Source: a virus (taxonomy: Duplodnaviria > Caudoviricetes). Taken from it: a DNA stretch of 54,860 nt. The notes beneath the pieces were generated by a model that saw nothing but the letters and a program-made list of their open reading frames with translations, was not told where the DNA came from and did no database searches. Positions 1-8,991 of the stretch are shown here, one piece after another. The DNA lies in IMG/VR virus record IMGVR_UViG_3300025875_000032, positions 1 through 54,860 of that record; one strand, 5' to 3'. The translations under genes and the position numbers were made by a program. Numbering within the stretch: position 1 is the first letter of the stretch; each line of letters opens with the position of its first letter.

Positions 1-127
1 CGCGCGTTCCCCGAGCTGGCAGCCCGGGAGCCCGTCGAGTTCGCCGTCCGCGAGCGCGAGGACGCCGTCCGCGTCCGCCTGCCCGACACGGCGTCGATCC
101 CGCCGGCCGTCCTCCAGGCGCTCGACG
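1..127. repeat. Terminal direct repeat (left copy), circular assembly overlap
   Basis: Identical to 54734-54860; 127 nt is a common assembler k-mer length; an ORF reads through the junction. Confidence 0.95.
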
Positions 128-243
128 CCCTCGCGACCGCCTGCCGGGAGGCGTACGGGCTCGGCGTCGAGGTGATCGCCGACGACCGCGACGACGCCCG
201 CGCCGCCCTCGACGTGCTCCGCCGCTGCCTCGACCTGCCGTGA
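1..243 (+). CDS. 3' part of hypothetical protein spanning the circular junction (starts 54662)
   Basis: Frame continues from GTG 54662 through the overlap to TGA 241-243, which overlaps the next GTG. Confidence 0.75.
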   Translation, partial: RAFPELAAREPVEFAVREREDAVRVRLPDTASIPPAVLQALDALATACREAYGLGVEVIADDRDDARAALDVLRRCLDLP

Positions 244-524
244 GACTCCCCGGTCCCGTGCCCGGAACGACCCTCTCCGTCCTGTGGGGCGACCCGCGCC
301 CGGCCGTGATCGTGTCCCGCTCGGGCAAGCGGTCCCGCCCCGGGTGGGTCGCCGACCTGCACGGGTGCGCGCCCGGCCGGCCCGACGTGATCCTCGGGAC
401 CGCGTTCGCCCCGGACCGGGCGCACCTCCGCCTCGTCCGCGTGTACGCCCTGCTCCGAGTGACCGTGATTCTCCTCGCCTACCGGCTCCGCCCGCTGCCC
501 GCCGAGGACCCGGAGGAGCCGTGA
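240..524 (+). CDS. hypothetical protein
   Basis: GTGA-coupled ORF with typical high-GC3 codons. Confidence 0.6.
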   Translation: MRLPGPVPGTTLSVLWGDPRPAVIVSRSGKRSRPGWVADLHGCAPGRPDVILGTAFAPDRAHLRLVRVYALLRVTVILLAYRLRPLPAEDPEEP

Positions 525-700
525 CGCGGACGTGCGAGGCGCCCGTGTGGGAACCGTCCCGCGAGAACCCGGGCGGGGACTGCCGCGCCCCCGCGATCGC
601 CGCCGTCCCCCTCGGGCAGACCGGCCGCGTCCTGCCCGTGTGCGCGGAGCACGCCGACCAGTACGAGCGGATCGTCGACCTACCCGAGGAGGACCCGTGA
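521..700 (+). CDS. small Cys/His-containing hypothetical protein
   Basis: GGAGGAG RBS, GTGA overlap; C...C...CAEH motif. Confidence 0.6.
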   Translation: MTRTCEAPVWEPSRENPGGDCRAPAIAAVPLGQTGRVLPVCAEHADQYERIVDLPEEDP

Positions 701-828
701 TCGGTCCCGTCCTGATCGGGCTCGGGCTCGTGCTCGGGATCGCCTGCCTCGCGGCCGGCGTCGCGCTGGAGGCGAGGCAGGTCCGGAGTCGTGAGCAACG
801 AGTAACACGGGACACGGATACCGGGTAG
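697..828 (+). CDS. small membrane protein
   Basis: GAGGAGG RBS; hydrophobic IGPVLIGLGLVLGIACLAAGVAL. Confidence 0.6.
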   Translation: MIGPVLIGLGLVLGIACLAAGVALEARQVRSREQRVTRDTDTG

Positions 829-838
829 CGTGTACCGC

Positions 839-1072
839 ATGACACAGCCCCTCCCGCGCACGCTCGACGAGGTTCGCGAGCACGCCGACCCGCTCGACCG
901 CGCCCGCGCCGCCGTCGCCTACCTCGGCCGCCTCCACGACCGCGAGCGGGAGGCGCTCGCGGTTCGGGACGAGGCGCTCCGATCTGCCCGCCCCCTCCGT
1001 GCCCCCGAGGTTGCCGAGCGGGTCGGCGTGACTGTCGCCGTCGTCAAGCACGCGCGCAGGTCCTCCCGGTGA
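839..1072 (+). CDS. helix-turn-helix DNA-binding protein
   Basis: C-terminal APEVAERVGVTVAVVK HTH-like; TAGCGT -10 lies 7 nt before ATG. Confidence 0.6.
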   Translation: MTQPLPRTLDEVREHADPLDRARAAVAYLGRLHDREREALAVRDEALRSARPLRAPEVAERVGVTVAVVKHARRSSR

Positions 1073-1416
1073 GGCGGTTCGTGTACGTGGCGACCTGGGG
1101 TGACCTCGTCAAGATCGGAACCTCCCTCGACCCGCACCGTCGGATGCGCGACCTCGCGGGCGGCAGCAGCCCGCAGCCCCCCGGCGTCCGCCCCGACGGA
1201 TCGCCCGTCCTGCTCGGGTACGTCCTCGGCGATCAGGGCGCCGAGGGGCTGATACACGCCGCCCTCGCCGAGCACCGGGTCGCGTCCGAGTGGTATCGGC
1301 GAGCGCCTGCCGTCGAGGCGGTCGTCGAGCGCATCCTGTCCCCCGTGTTCTGGAATCGCACCGGGCCGGTTCCGCCCCGCGTCCCGGTCGCCGCGCCCGG
1401 ACCGGCCGATTTCTAG
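1069..1416 (+). CDS. GIY-YIG / T5orf172-family nuclease domain protein
   Basis: FVYV...VKIGTS..P..R...L, E..IH..L..HRV.SEWY pattern. Confidence 0.75.
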   Translation: MRRFVYVATWGDLVKIGTSLDPHRRMRDLAGGSSPQPPGVRPDGSPVLLGYVLGDQGAEGLIHAALAEHRVASEWYRRAPAVEAVVERILSPVFWNRTGPVPPRVPVAAPGPADF

Positions 1417-1429
1417 GGTCCGGGATCGC

Positions 1430-1783
1430 GTGACCGCCGACGCGTGGCGCGACCTCGCAGCGATCGCCGCGTTCCTGATCGCCGGCCCGCTCGTCGCCGG
1501 CGCCCTCCTCGGGTACATCGTCGACGCCGCCCTCCAGCTCCGGGCGCTCCGCTCGACCGGGCACGTCCTCGACTGCCTCGGGCTCGGCGGGTGGCCGTGC
1601 GACTGCCGCGACTCCGAGCCGGCACCCGGCAGGATCGGGCAGCGTGAGCACGACGGAGGAGCGCCCGCTGCCGGTCTGCTCGTGCTGCCGGATGCGGGTC
1701 CTCCGCCCGCGTGGGAAGGGGCTCGCGTGCCCGGACTGCGACCTCCGGGGCGCGCCGAGCATCCCTCCTCCCGAGGACACTAG
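1430..1783 (+). CDS. membrane-anchored hypothetical protein
   Basis: N-terminal TM segment followed by H..DC....PCDC. Confidence 0.5.
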   Translation: MTADAWRDLAAIAAFLIAGPLVAGALLGYIVDAALQLRALRSTGHVLDCLGLGGWPCDCRDSEPAPGRIGQREHDGGAPAAGLLVLPDAGPPPAWEGARVPGLRPPGRAEHPSSRGH

Positions 1784-1797
1784 GGGGAGGGTATAGT
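1781..1797 (+). promoter_or_regulatory. 17-mer TAGGGGGAGGGTATAGT (copy 1), contains -10 TATAGT
   Basis: Exact second copy at 49916-49932; both lie at gene ends/intergenic. Confidence 0.6.
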
Positions 1798-1804
1798 GCC
1801 TCGC

Positions 1805-2194
1805 ATGATGCCCACGCCTCCACCTCCGCGCACGCCCCCCGGAGCGACCGTCCGCGCCGCCCTCGGCGACGGCGCGGTCGAGTTCTCCGCCCGCCTCCTC
1901 ATGCCCGCCCCCGGCGTGTCCTCCTGGACCGACCTCCCGAGCCCGCGCTCGTGGTTCATCACGCACGGATTCGGGCACCCGGCCGCCGGCACGTACACGG
2001 AGGTCGTGATCGACGCCGACGCCGCGCAGCTCCCCGAGCACGTCCTCGACGCCGTCGTCCGCGCGGTCGCCGTCGAGCTGTACGAGCGTCACTGGTCGTT
2101 CCACTACCGGCCCGACGAGTACGCCGACGCGATCGAGCAGCACGGGATCGCCCGCCGCGAGCGGGTCCTCGTCGAGGGGGTCGAGGTCCTGTGA
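1805..2194 (+). CDS. hypothetical protein
   Basis: Good codon usage; WFITHGFGH and WSFHY motifs; leaderless start. Confidence 0.7.
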   Translation: MMPTPPPPRTPPGATVRAALGDGAVEFSARLLMPAPGVSSWTDLPSPRSWFITHGFGHPAAGTYTEVVIDADAAQLPEHVLDAVVRAVAVELYERHWSFHYRPDEYADAIEQHGIARRERVLVEGVEVL

Positions 2195-2574
2195 CCGAGC
2201 AGCCCGCCCGCCGGCTCGCCGACCGCCTCCTCGCCGAGGGCGCGCTCGTCGCCTCCGAGTACGCCGGGCAGGACCGCCTCGACCCGGCCCGCCCCCTCCT
2301 GTCGACCCTCGTCGCCGAGGCGCTCGCCGCCGCCGAGCGACGCGGGGAGCAGCGCGCAGGCGGGGACGCCGGTCTCCGCGCCCGCCTGGAGGCGCTGATC
2401 GAGCAGCGGACGACCCTCCGCGACGAGCGGGTCCGGGTGGCCCGAAAGTACCTCGACGAGGACAACCTGCCCCCGGCCGCGTCCGAGCTACGGTGGGCGG
2501 CCGACCTCGACGGGCAGATCGGCGCCCTCCGTGTCCTGCTGATCGAGCCCGAGCCGGCGGGGGGCGAGGAGTGA
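2191..2574 (+). CDS. hypothetical protein
   Basis: GTGA-coupled, coding-like composition. Confidence 0.65.
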   Translation: MTEQPARRLADRLLAEGALVASEYAGQDRLDPARPLLSTLVAEALAAAERRGEQRAGGDAGLRARLEALIEQRTTLRDERVRVARKYLDEDNLPPAASELRWAADLDGQIGALRVLLIEPEPAGGEE

Positions 2575-3010
2575 CCGCCGACCGCGATGCCCTACTCGAC
2601 CTCGTCGGCGCGATCGAGACGCCCGGCGCGCACGGCGAGGCATGGCTCGGGGGCGTGCTCGCCGCCGTCGGTCGAGCCCGCCGACACCTCGACCGGACGC
2701 TCGACGCGGAGTCCGGCGCCGAGGGCGACCTCGTCCGCGCCCGGTCCGCCCTCCGCCGGTTCGGCGTCGTCCCGAACTCGGCGACGACGCCGGTCCTCGT
2801 CGAGGCGTTCGCCCGGGTCCGTGAGGAGGGGCGGACGCCGGCGTCCGCCCGTTCCGGGACCTGTTCGCCGGCGGACCCGACACGAGCTGCCGGACCGTGT
2901 GGGACGACGCCGAGGCGGTCCCTGCCCTCGGGATCGGTCCGACCGAGTGTGTCTCCGTCCCGCTGGACGACCTCCGCGCCGCGTTCGCCGAGGCAGGGGA
3001 GGCGCCGTGA
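2571..3010 (+). pseudogene. hypothetical protein interrupted by a -1 frameshift at GGGG 2828-2831
   Basis: Coding-like frame switches at GAG GAG GGG/GCG GAC; the -1 frame ends at TGA 3008-3010, overlapping the next GTG. Confidence 0.55.
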
Positions 3011-3450
3011 TCGAGGACGGTCGCCTCGCCGTCGAGGAGGAGGCCGCTCGGGCGACACACCCGCACGCCGTCGAGGTCGAGGTCGAGGAGTTCGACGACG
3101 GGTCCTCCTCCGCGACGGTCGTCCGGTTCACCTGTTCCGCCCCCGCTGGGTCCCTCTGCCGCTCGTGGTGCGTCGAGTGCGAAGAGGAGTGCTCCGCGAC
3201 GCCGATCCTCCGCGAGGTCGAGCAGGTCGCGCAGGCGCCCCTCGACGGGCACCGGTACGAGCCGGTCCCGTACTGCCGGGTCGTCGAGTGGCTCGGCGCC
3301 GGGGACGCGGGCGACCGCGAGGAGCTACACGCCGACGACGAGCCTCTCCGGCCGGGCGCCCGCCCGATCGAGGAGGAGTGGGACGGCGACGGGTACCTGT
3401 GGCGCTACGCCGTGCCCGAGCCCGAGCCGCTCCACCCGGGGCACCCGTGA
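3007..3450 (+). CDS. Cys-rich hypothetical protein
   Basis: GTGA-coupled; C..CR.WC..C...C cluster. Confidence 0.65.
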   Translation: MIEDGRLAVEEEAARATHPHAVEVEVEEFDDGSSSATVVRFTCSAPAGSLCRSWCVECEEECSATPILREVEQVAQAPLDGHRYEPVPYCRVVEWLGAGDAGDREELHADDEPLRPGARPIEEEWDGDGYLWRYAVPEPEPLHPGHP

Positions 3451-3629
3451 GCGGGCTCGCCGAGGTGACGCCCGGCCCGCTCGCCGCGTCCGTCGAGCGA
3501 TGGTGCCTCGACCTCGGGCTCGGGCGCCCTCGCCGCGACCCGCAGTGGCAGCGGACGTGGTGGGAGCGGTACATCGGCCGCGAGCTACGCCGGCGCGACT
3601 ACGCGCTCGCCGGGCAGCGCGTCCAGTGA
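3447..3629 (+). CDS. hypothetical protein
   Basis: GTGA overlaps at both ends. Confidence 0.5.
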   Translation: MSGLAEVTPGPLAASVERWCLDLGLGRPRRDPQWQRTWWERYIGRELRRRDYALAGQRVQ

Positions 3630-4117
3630 CCGCGCACGACCTCGTCGAGGTCCTCGCCCTCGGGTGGCAGCCGACCGGGTTTTCGACGCCGGCCGTGTTC
3701 CGGGTCGACGCCCTCTGCTCGTGCGGGCACGTCGCGACGACCGCTGCCGGCGCGGGGGAGCAGGCCGCCCGGGTCGGGATCGCCGGACTGTTCGCCCGGC
3801 ACGTCCGCCTCGCCGGGCTGGAGGACCGGCTCGTCGAGCGGTTCACCGGGCAGCGCCTCGGGCCGGCGTCCGTGCTCGTGCTCACGGAGTCGGCCGCCCG
3901 CGCGTTCGCCGCGTTCGCGGTCGAGGAGTTCCTCCGCCGCGAGGACTCCTCGCCGGAGGCAGCCCTCGCCCGCCGGGTGAACCGCGCTCGGGCGCTCGGG
4001 TTGTGCGGGGCGCGGTTCGGGGCGACTGGAGTCTGCTCGGAGCCGGCCGGGCACGAGCCGATCGTCCCGGGGCAGTGGGAGCACGCCGAGGAGGTCGGCG
4101 GTCCCCTCGGCGACTAG
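3626..4117 (+). CDS. hypothetical protein
   Basis: GTGA-coupled; CSCG and C...C...H...H motifs. Confidence 0.6.
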   Translation: MTAHDLVEVLALGWQPTGFSTPAVFRVDALCSCGHVATTAAGAGEQAARVGIAGLFARHVRLAGLEDRLVERFTGQRLGPASVLVLTESAARAFAAFAVEEFLRREDSSPEAALARRVNRARALGLCGARFGATGVCSEPAGHEPIVPGQWEHAEEVGGPLGD

Positions 4118-4171
4118 GCGCTCGGCAGTAGTTGACGACGATCCCCCGGGACGTGGGCAGGTTGCGTACGT

Positions 4172-4855
4172 GTGACCGCCTCGATCCCGGGGGATCGCGT
4201 GCTGTTATGGGCAGGTCACGATCCGTTACCCTCGGAGCGCCCCGTGTTCCTGTTCCCCCTCCCCGCCCTCCGTCCCGTCCCGCTCGTCGACGGCGACGCG
4301 TACGACGCGATCGAGCCCCTCCGCTGGACCGAACGCGACGGGACCCTCGGCGAGGTCGCCGCCCCGTTCCGGACCGACCTCGCCTCCGTCCCCCGCCCCC
4401 TCCGCGTCCTCGTCCCGACGAGCGGCCGGCACACGCCGGCCGCGATCCGGCACGACCGCCGATGCGACGACCTGAACGCGTGGCACCGGGCCGGCCGCCC
4501 CGAGCACCTCCGCCCGCACCTGTCCTCGATCGAGGCGGACGAGGAGTTCCTCGCCGGCGTCCGCGAGCTGGACCCGAACCGCCCCCTCCGCGCGCACGTC
4601 CTGTGGGCGGGCGTCCGGGCCGGCGCGTGGGCGAACCCGGCCCGCCGCGACGGGTGGCAGCAGGACCTCCTCCGGGTCCTCCTCGTGATCCTGATCGTCG
4701 CCCCCGTGTACCTGCCCGTCGCCCTCGTGAACTCCCTCGCCCTCCTCGTCGACGGGCTCGCGAACCGGCTCGCCTGCCGGCTCCAGTCCCCGCCCCTGCC
4801 CGACGACGCCGGGCTCCTCGTCGTCGGCGACCTCGCCGCGAGGGCTGCCGCGTGA
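4172..4855 (+). CDS. DUF1353-family membrane protein
   Basis: FRTDLASVP...GRHTPAAIRHD..C and AD..F motifs; C-terminal TM. Confidence 0.75.
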   Translation: MTASIPGDRVLLWAGHDPLPSERPVFLFPLPALRPVPLVDGDAYDAIEPLRWTERDGTLGEVAAPFRTDLASVPRPLRVLVPTSGRHTPAAIRHDRRCDDLNAWHRAGRPEHLRPHLSSIEADEEFLAGVRELDPNRPLRAHVLWAGVRAGAWANPARRDGWQQDLLRVLLVILIVAPVYLPVALVNSLALLVDGLANRLACRLQSPPLPDDAGLLVVGDLAARAAA

Positions 4856-5262
4856 CCGCCGTCCTCCCCTCGATCCCCGCACCCGTGTACGAGAACGGGA
4901 CCGTCGAGGGCTGGCACGACGGCGACACGGCGTACGTGTGGGTCGACAAGGGTCGAGGCGAGTTCGCGTACCGGAAGGTCCGCGTACGGGGCGCCGCGAC
5001 CCGGGAACTCCGCGAGCCCGGCGGACCGGAGACGACCGAGCACCTCGTCCGGCTCCTGCCGGCCGGGACCCGCGTCGTCCTCGTCGACCTGGACGACGAC
5101 AAGTACGGCGGACGCACCCTCGCGACCGTCGTCGTCGACCTCGGGCGCGGACCCGAGGACCTCGCCGAGGTCCTCGTCCGCGACCGGTGGGCGATGCCGT
5201 GGGACGGACGCGGGGAGCAGCCCCGCGTCCCCTGGCCGCGCGAGGAGGTGATTCTGTGCTGA
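4852..5262 (+). CDS. thermonuclease (SNase-like)
   Basis: HDGDT, KVRVRG..T.E, DKYGGRTLA motifs. Confidence 0.85.
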   Translation: MTAVLPSIPAPVYENGTVEGWHDGDTAYVWVDKGRGEFAYRKVRVRGAATRELREPGGPETTEHLVRLLPAGTRVVLVDLDDDKYGGRTLATVVVDLGRGPEDLAEVLVRDRWAMPWDGRGEQPRVPWPREEVILC

Positions 5263-5435
5263 TCGCCGCGACGACGACGGTCGCCGTCGCCGCTGCCGCT
5301 CCCCTGGAGCTGCTCGCCCTCGGGCTCGGCGGGCTCGCCGTCGTCGTCGCCGTCGGGTCCGCGCTCGCCGCGCTCGGCAGCCGCCGCGCCCTCCAGGCGC
5401 TCGACGACCGAGCCGGCGACGAGGTCCCCCGGTAG
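5256..5435 (+). CDS. small membrane protein
   Basis: GGAGG RBS; long hydrophobic stretch. Confidence 0.55.
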   Translation: MLIAATTTVAVAAAAPLELLALGLGGLAVVVAVGSALAALGSRRALQALDDRAGDEVPR

Positions 5436-5445
5436 CGTCCAGCCC

Positions 5446-5673
5446 ATGCCCGCCGACGAGCAGACCGCCCGGAGTTCCGTCACGGAGCCCCGGGCGGTCT
5501 CACGTCCGGAGTCCGAGCTGCTCGACCGGATCGCCGACCTCGCCCGGTACGAGCTGGACGCCGCCGAGCTGCCCCTCGCCGACGGGTCCGTCGTCCGGAT
5601 CGTCCGCCTCGACGAGGTCGCCGAGTGGCTCCACGGGCTCGCCGTGCGCGCCCGAGGCGGATCGCACCTCTAG
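5446..5673 (+). CDS. hypothetical protein
   Basis: ATG 7 nt after TAGCGT; coding-like. Confidence 0.6.
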   Translation: MPADEQTARSSVTEPRAVSRPESELLDRIADLARYELDAAELPLADGSVVRIVRLDEVAEWLHGLAVRARGGSHL

Positions 5674-5700
5674 GGGTATCGGGGGGGCTACCCTCCTCGC

Positions 5701-6057
5701 GTGACGGACTGGACGGGCGCCGGGTTCGGGACCGATCCGGAGGGCGACGCCCGCCGGCGAGCCGAGCTGGAGCCCGCTCGCGTCGACCCGGCCGCGCTCC
5801 GCGCCGCGCACGAGCGCGTCGAGGACGAGGTCCTCCGCTCCCTCGCCCTCCCGCCCGAGCGCCTCGCCCCGCCGGCCGCGCTGCCCGCCGAGGGCGCGCA
5901 CGCCGTCACCTCGACCGAGTACGGGTCGTCCGTCGCGATCGTGTGCGCGTGCGGCCGGTGGGAGTGCATCGTGTCCGGCCCGTCCTCCGCCGCGTGGGCG
6001 GGGCGGGATCACGCCCGGCACGTCCGCGACGAGGAGGCGGGCGCCCGTGGCGAGTGA
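5701..6057 (+). CDS. hypothetical protein (CACG...H..H)
   Basis: Coding-like; possible Zn site. Confidence 0.6.
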   Translation: MTDWTGAGFGTDPEGDARRRAELEPARVDPAALRAAHERVEDEVLRSLALPPERLAPPAALPAEGAHAVTSTEYGSSVAIVCACGRWECIVSGPSSAAWAGRDHARHVRDEEAGARGE

Positions 6058-6268
6058 GTGCGCGTACGGCGATCCCGAGCAGACCGCCCTCGCGCAGTAC
6101 GCGTGCTCCGGCCCGTGCGGGTGTTTCCTCCAGGCGCCCGGCGAGTGTCTGGAGTGCTGGAGCGCCCGTAAGACGTACACGGCGCGCGAGGTCGCGATGC
6201 TCGACGCCGACGACCCTCGCCGGCTCCAGGTCCGGCCGGACCGGAACCGGTGGACGCCGCGCCGGTGA
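6047..6268 (+). CDS. small Cys-rich protein
   Basis: GGAGG RBS; C...C...CLEC. Confidence 0.55.
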   Translation: MASECAYGDPEQTALAQYACSGPCGCFLQAPGECLECWSARKTYTAREVAMLDADDPRRLQVRPDRNRWTPRR

Positions 6269-6294
6269 GTAACGCCCCCGGTACTGTCGGGAGG

Positions 6295-6468
6295 GTGACG
6301 GGGGGGGAGCGGAACCGGTGGCTCCGCCCCCTCGCCGCAGGGCTGATCGCCCTCGCCCTGCTCCTCCTCGCCCTCCTGCTCCTCGACCGGGCCGGCGCGT
6401 ACCTCTCCTCGGACGACGTGGTCGGCGCGTTCGCCGTCGCGTTCCTCGTGGGGGCGATGCTCGCGTGA
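6295..6468 (+). CDS. small two-TM membrane protein
   Basis: Two hydrophobic segments; coupled to terminase start. Confidence 0.6.
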   Translation: MTGGERNRWLRPLAAGLIALALLLLALLLLDRAGAYLSSDDVVGAFAVAFLVGAMLA

Positions 6469-8315
6469 CCGCCCCCGCCGTCGACGCCGTCCGGCTCCGC
6501 CTCGCCCTGGAGGCAGCGACGCAGGACCTCCCCGCGCACGAGCGGGTCGCCGTCGCCGAGCGGGTCGCCCGGGAGCTGGCACGCCGACGCCGGCGGACGA
6601 GGTACCCGAGCCCCGGCGCGCTCGCGCACGCGATCGACCCGCTCGCCGTGATCGAGACGCCCGCCCTCCGCCTGATCGACGCGGCCGTCCTCCGCGCCGT
6701 CGAGCGCATGGAACGCGGGGAGTCCGCCCGCCTCGCCGTCGCCGCCCCCCCGCAGGAGGGCAAATCGAGGCGCCTCACGATCGCGACGCCCCTGTGGCTC
6801 CTCGTCCGGAACCCGAACCTCCGGATCGGGATCGCCTCGTTTGAGGCGGACGTGTCGACGACGTTCTCCCGGGAGGTCCGGAACTTCGTCTCCGCCTACG
6901 GGTCCGGGACCGTGCTCAACCCGCGCCCCCTGTCCGAGGACCTCCTCGGGATCAGTCTCCGGGGCGACTCGACCTCCGTCTCCCGGTTCTCGATCGCCGG
7001 GCACACGGGCGGACTGATCGCCTACGGGATGCGCGGGGGCTGGACCGGTAAGCCGCTCGACGCCCTGTTCGTCGACGACCCGTACAAGGACCGCGAGCAG
7101 GCGGACTCCCCCGAGCACCGGGCGAAGGTCCTCGCGTGGTGGCAGAACGTCGCCGTCCCCCGCCTCCCCTCCGCCGCGCTCGTGATCTTGACGCAGACCC
7201 GGTGGCACCCGGACGACCTGTACGGGTACGTCCTCGGGCAGGAGCGGGCGCTGCCCGAGGACCTCCGCCGGTGGGAGTTCGTCTCGATCCCCGCGCAGGC
7301 GGAGGCGCCCCGCCTCGACGACGAGGGGAACCTCGCCCCCGGGTGGCTGCCCGACTCCCTCGGGCGCGAGCCCGGCGAGTGGCTGGAGTCCGCCCGAGGT
7401 CGCACGCCCGAGGACTGGCAGCTCCGGCGCCTGGAGGTCGGCGAGACGGCGTGGGGCTCCCTGTACCAGCAGCACCCGACGCCGCCGGAGGGCGCCGTGT
7501 TCGCCGAGGTTCACATCGTCCGGAACCGCCGGCCCTCCGACTACGTCGGCGCCTCGACCCTCCGCGTCGTCGCGATCGACCCGAGCGCGGGCGGGGCGGA
7601 CGAGTTCGGCATCGTCACCGGGTACCGGGGGAAGGACTCCCGGGCGTACGTCACGCACGACCGCTCGCGCCGCTGCTCGTCCGCCGAGGGGATGCGGCAG
7701 GCGTGGCTCGCCGTCGTCGACACGGCCGCCGACGAGTTCGTGTGGGAGCAGAACCTCGCCGGCCCGACGATGCGGCAGGAGGCGCTCGACGCGTGGCAGC
7801 GGATCGTCCGGCAGGCGCGCGTCCTCGACGAGGTCGCCGAGGCGGGCGCCGTCGACCCGTTCACCCGCCGGCCGACCGGCCGCCCGATCGGCCGCGACGA
7901 GCAGCTCGACCGCGCCGCGCTCCTGTGGGCGTCCGCCGAGCAGCGCCTCCCCCTCGATCAGGTCCAGGCGTCCGACGACGACCGCCGGCAGCTCGGCGAG
8001 GTCCTCGACCGGATCGAGCGCGGGCTCCTCGACTCGGCGACGACCGCCCCGCCGGCGAAGCTCCACGCCGTGACCGCGACCGTCGGGAAGCGCCTCCGGG
8101 CGACGCCCGTCGCGACCGCCGTCGAGACGAACCGCGTCTCCCACGTGGGGACCCTCCCGCTCCTGGAGCTGGAGCTAACGACCTGGACGGAGGGACAGCA
8201 GTCCCCCGGCCGCCTCGACGCGTACGTGTGGCTCGTGACTCGCCTCCTCGGCGTCCGCCGGGGTAGGTCGAGCACCGTCGCGAACGAGGTCCTACCGACT
8301 GCCCCGAGGAGCTGA
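6465..8315 (+). CDS. terL: terminase large subunit
   Basis: Walker A PPQEGKS, Walker B LFVDDPYK, TQTRWHPDD, nuclease motifs VAIDP and SPGRLDA. Confidence 0.92.
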   Translation: MTAPAVDAVRLRLALEAATQDLPAHERVAVAERVARELARRRRRTRYPSPGALAHAIDPLAVIETPALRLIDAAVLRAVERMERGESARLAVAAPPQEGKSRRLTIATPLWLLVRNPNLRIGIASFEADVSTTFSREVRNFVSAYGSGTVLNPRPLSEDLLGISLRGDSTSVSRFSIAGHTGGLIAYGMRGGWTGKPLDALFVDDPYKDREQADSPEHRAKVLAWWQNVAVPRLPSAALVILTQTRWHPDDLYGYVLGQERALPEDLRRWEFVSIPAQAEAPRLDDEGNLAPGWLPDSLGREPGEWLESARGRTPEDWQLRRLEVGETAWGSLYQQHPTPPEGAVFAEVHIVRNRRPSDYVGASTLRVVAIDPSAGGADEFGIVTGYRGKDSRAYVTHDRSRRCSSAEGMRQAWLAVVDTAADEFVWEQNLAGPTMRQEALDAWQRIVRQARVLDEVAEAGAVDPFTRRPTGRPIGRDEQLDRAALLWASAEQRLPLDQVQASDDDRRQLGEVLDRIERGLLDSATTAPPAKLHAVTATVGKRLRATPVATAVETNRVSHVGTLPLLELELTTWTEGQQSPGRLDAYVWLVTRLLGVRRGRSSTVANEVLPTAPRS

Positions 8316-8319
8316 ACGC

Positions 8320-8775
8320 GTGCCTACCTCCGGCCGCCGGCCGCACGAGCCCGCCGAGCTGACCCTCCAGGTCCGCCGGCTCGACGACGGGTCCCTCCGG
8401 TTCGCGATGCCCTCCTGCCCCGGGTGGGCGTTCGTCGCCCGGCAGCCCTCGCAGATCGGCGAGGCGATCGCCCGCGCGTACACGGAGGCAGCGGTCGCCG
8501 CGTACGCGCGCCTCCGGGGCGTGCTGTACGACCTCGCGGAGACGGAGGAGGAGGTCCCCGCGACCGCCCGCCCGCGCGGGTCCCGGCACCCGGCGGAGCC
8601 GGCGCCCGCCCCGCCGGACGAGGTCGGGAAGCGGCGCCGCACGAAGCATCCCCGCACGCACCCGCCGGAGGAGTGGGCGGAGCTGGACTCCGGGTACTGG
8701 CGCTCGCCGGGCGGGGGGCGGTATCGCCCGGACTCGACGGTCGTCGCGTCCGTGCGGGCTCGCCTCGGGCGCTGA
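8320..8775 (+). CDS. hypothetical protein, N-terminus weakly HicB-like
   Basis: AGGAG RBS; VRRLDDGSLRFAMPSCPGW...IGEAIARA pattern. Confidence 0.55.
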   Translation: MPTSGRRPHEPAELTLQVRRLDDGSLRFAMPSCPGWAFVARQPSQIGEAIARAYTEAAVAAYARLRGVLYDLAETEEEVPATARPRGSRHPAEPAPAPPDEVGKRRRTKHPRTHPPEEWAELDSGYWRSPGGGRYRPDSTVVASVRARLGR

Positions 8776-8942
8776 ACGCCCTCGCGTGGGCGCTCCTCGC
8801 GTGGGGCGCCTCCGGGATCGTCGGGGGCGTGTGGGCGACGTGGGCCGGGTGGCACCTTGGGCGCGGCCGGCACGCTCGGGCGCCGTGTTGGACCGCTCGG
8901 AACCGAGCGGACGAGGACGATCCGCGACACGCCGGAGATTAG
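8772..8942 (+). CDS. possible small membrane protein with CTG start
   Basis: TM-like ALAWALLAWGASGIVGGVWA; only start candidate is the CTGA overlap. Confidence 0.35.
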   Translation: MNALAWALLAWGASGIVGGVWATWAGWHLGRGRHARAPCWTARNRADEDDPRHAGD

Positions 8943-8991
8943 TTGCCCCTCCCCCTACCTTCCCGCCATTACCCGTGCATATAATCATCGT

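Noticed and set aside
1-127. Terminal repeat as a biological DTR or att site
   Set aside because: Length equals a common assembler k-mer and it lies mid-ORF; best explained as circular overlap
7790-8055. Intein in terminase
   Set aside because: No C/S start with HN-C/S/T end and no splicing or endonuclease motifs
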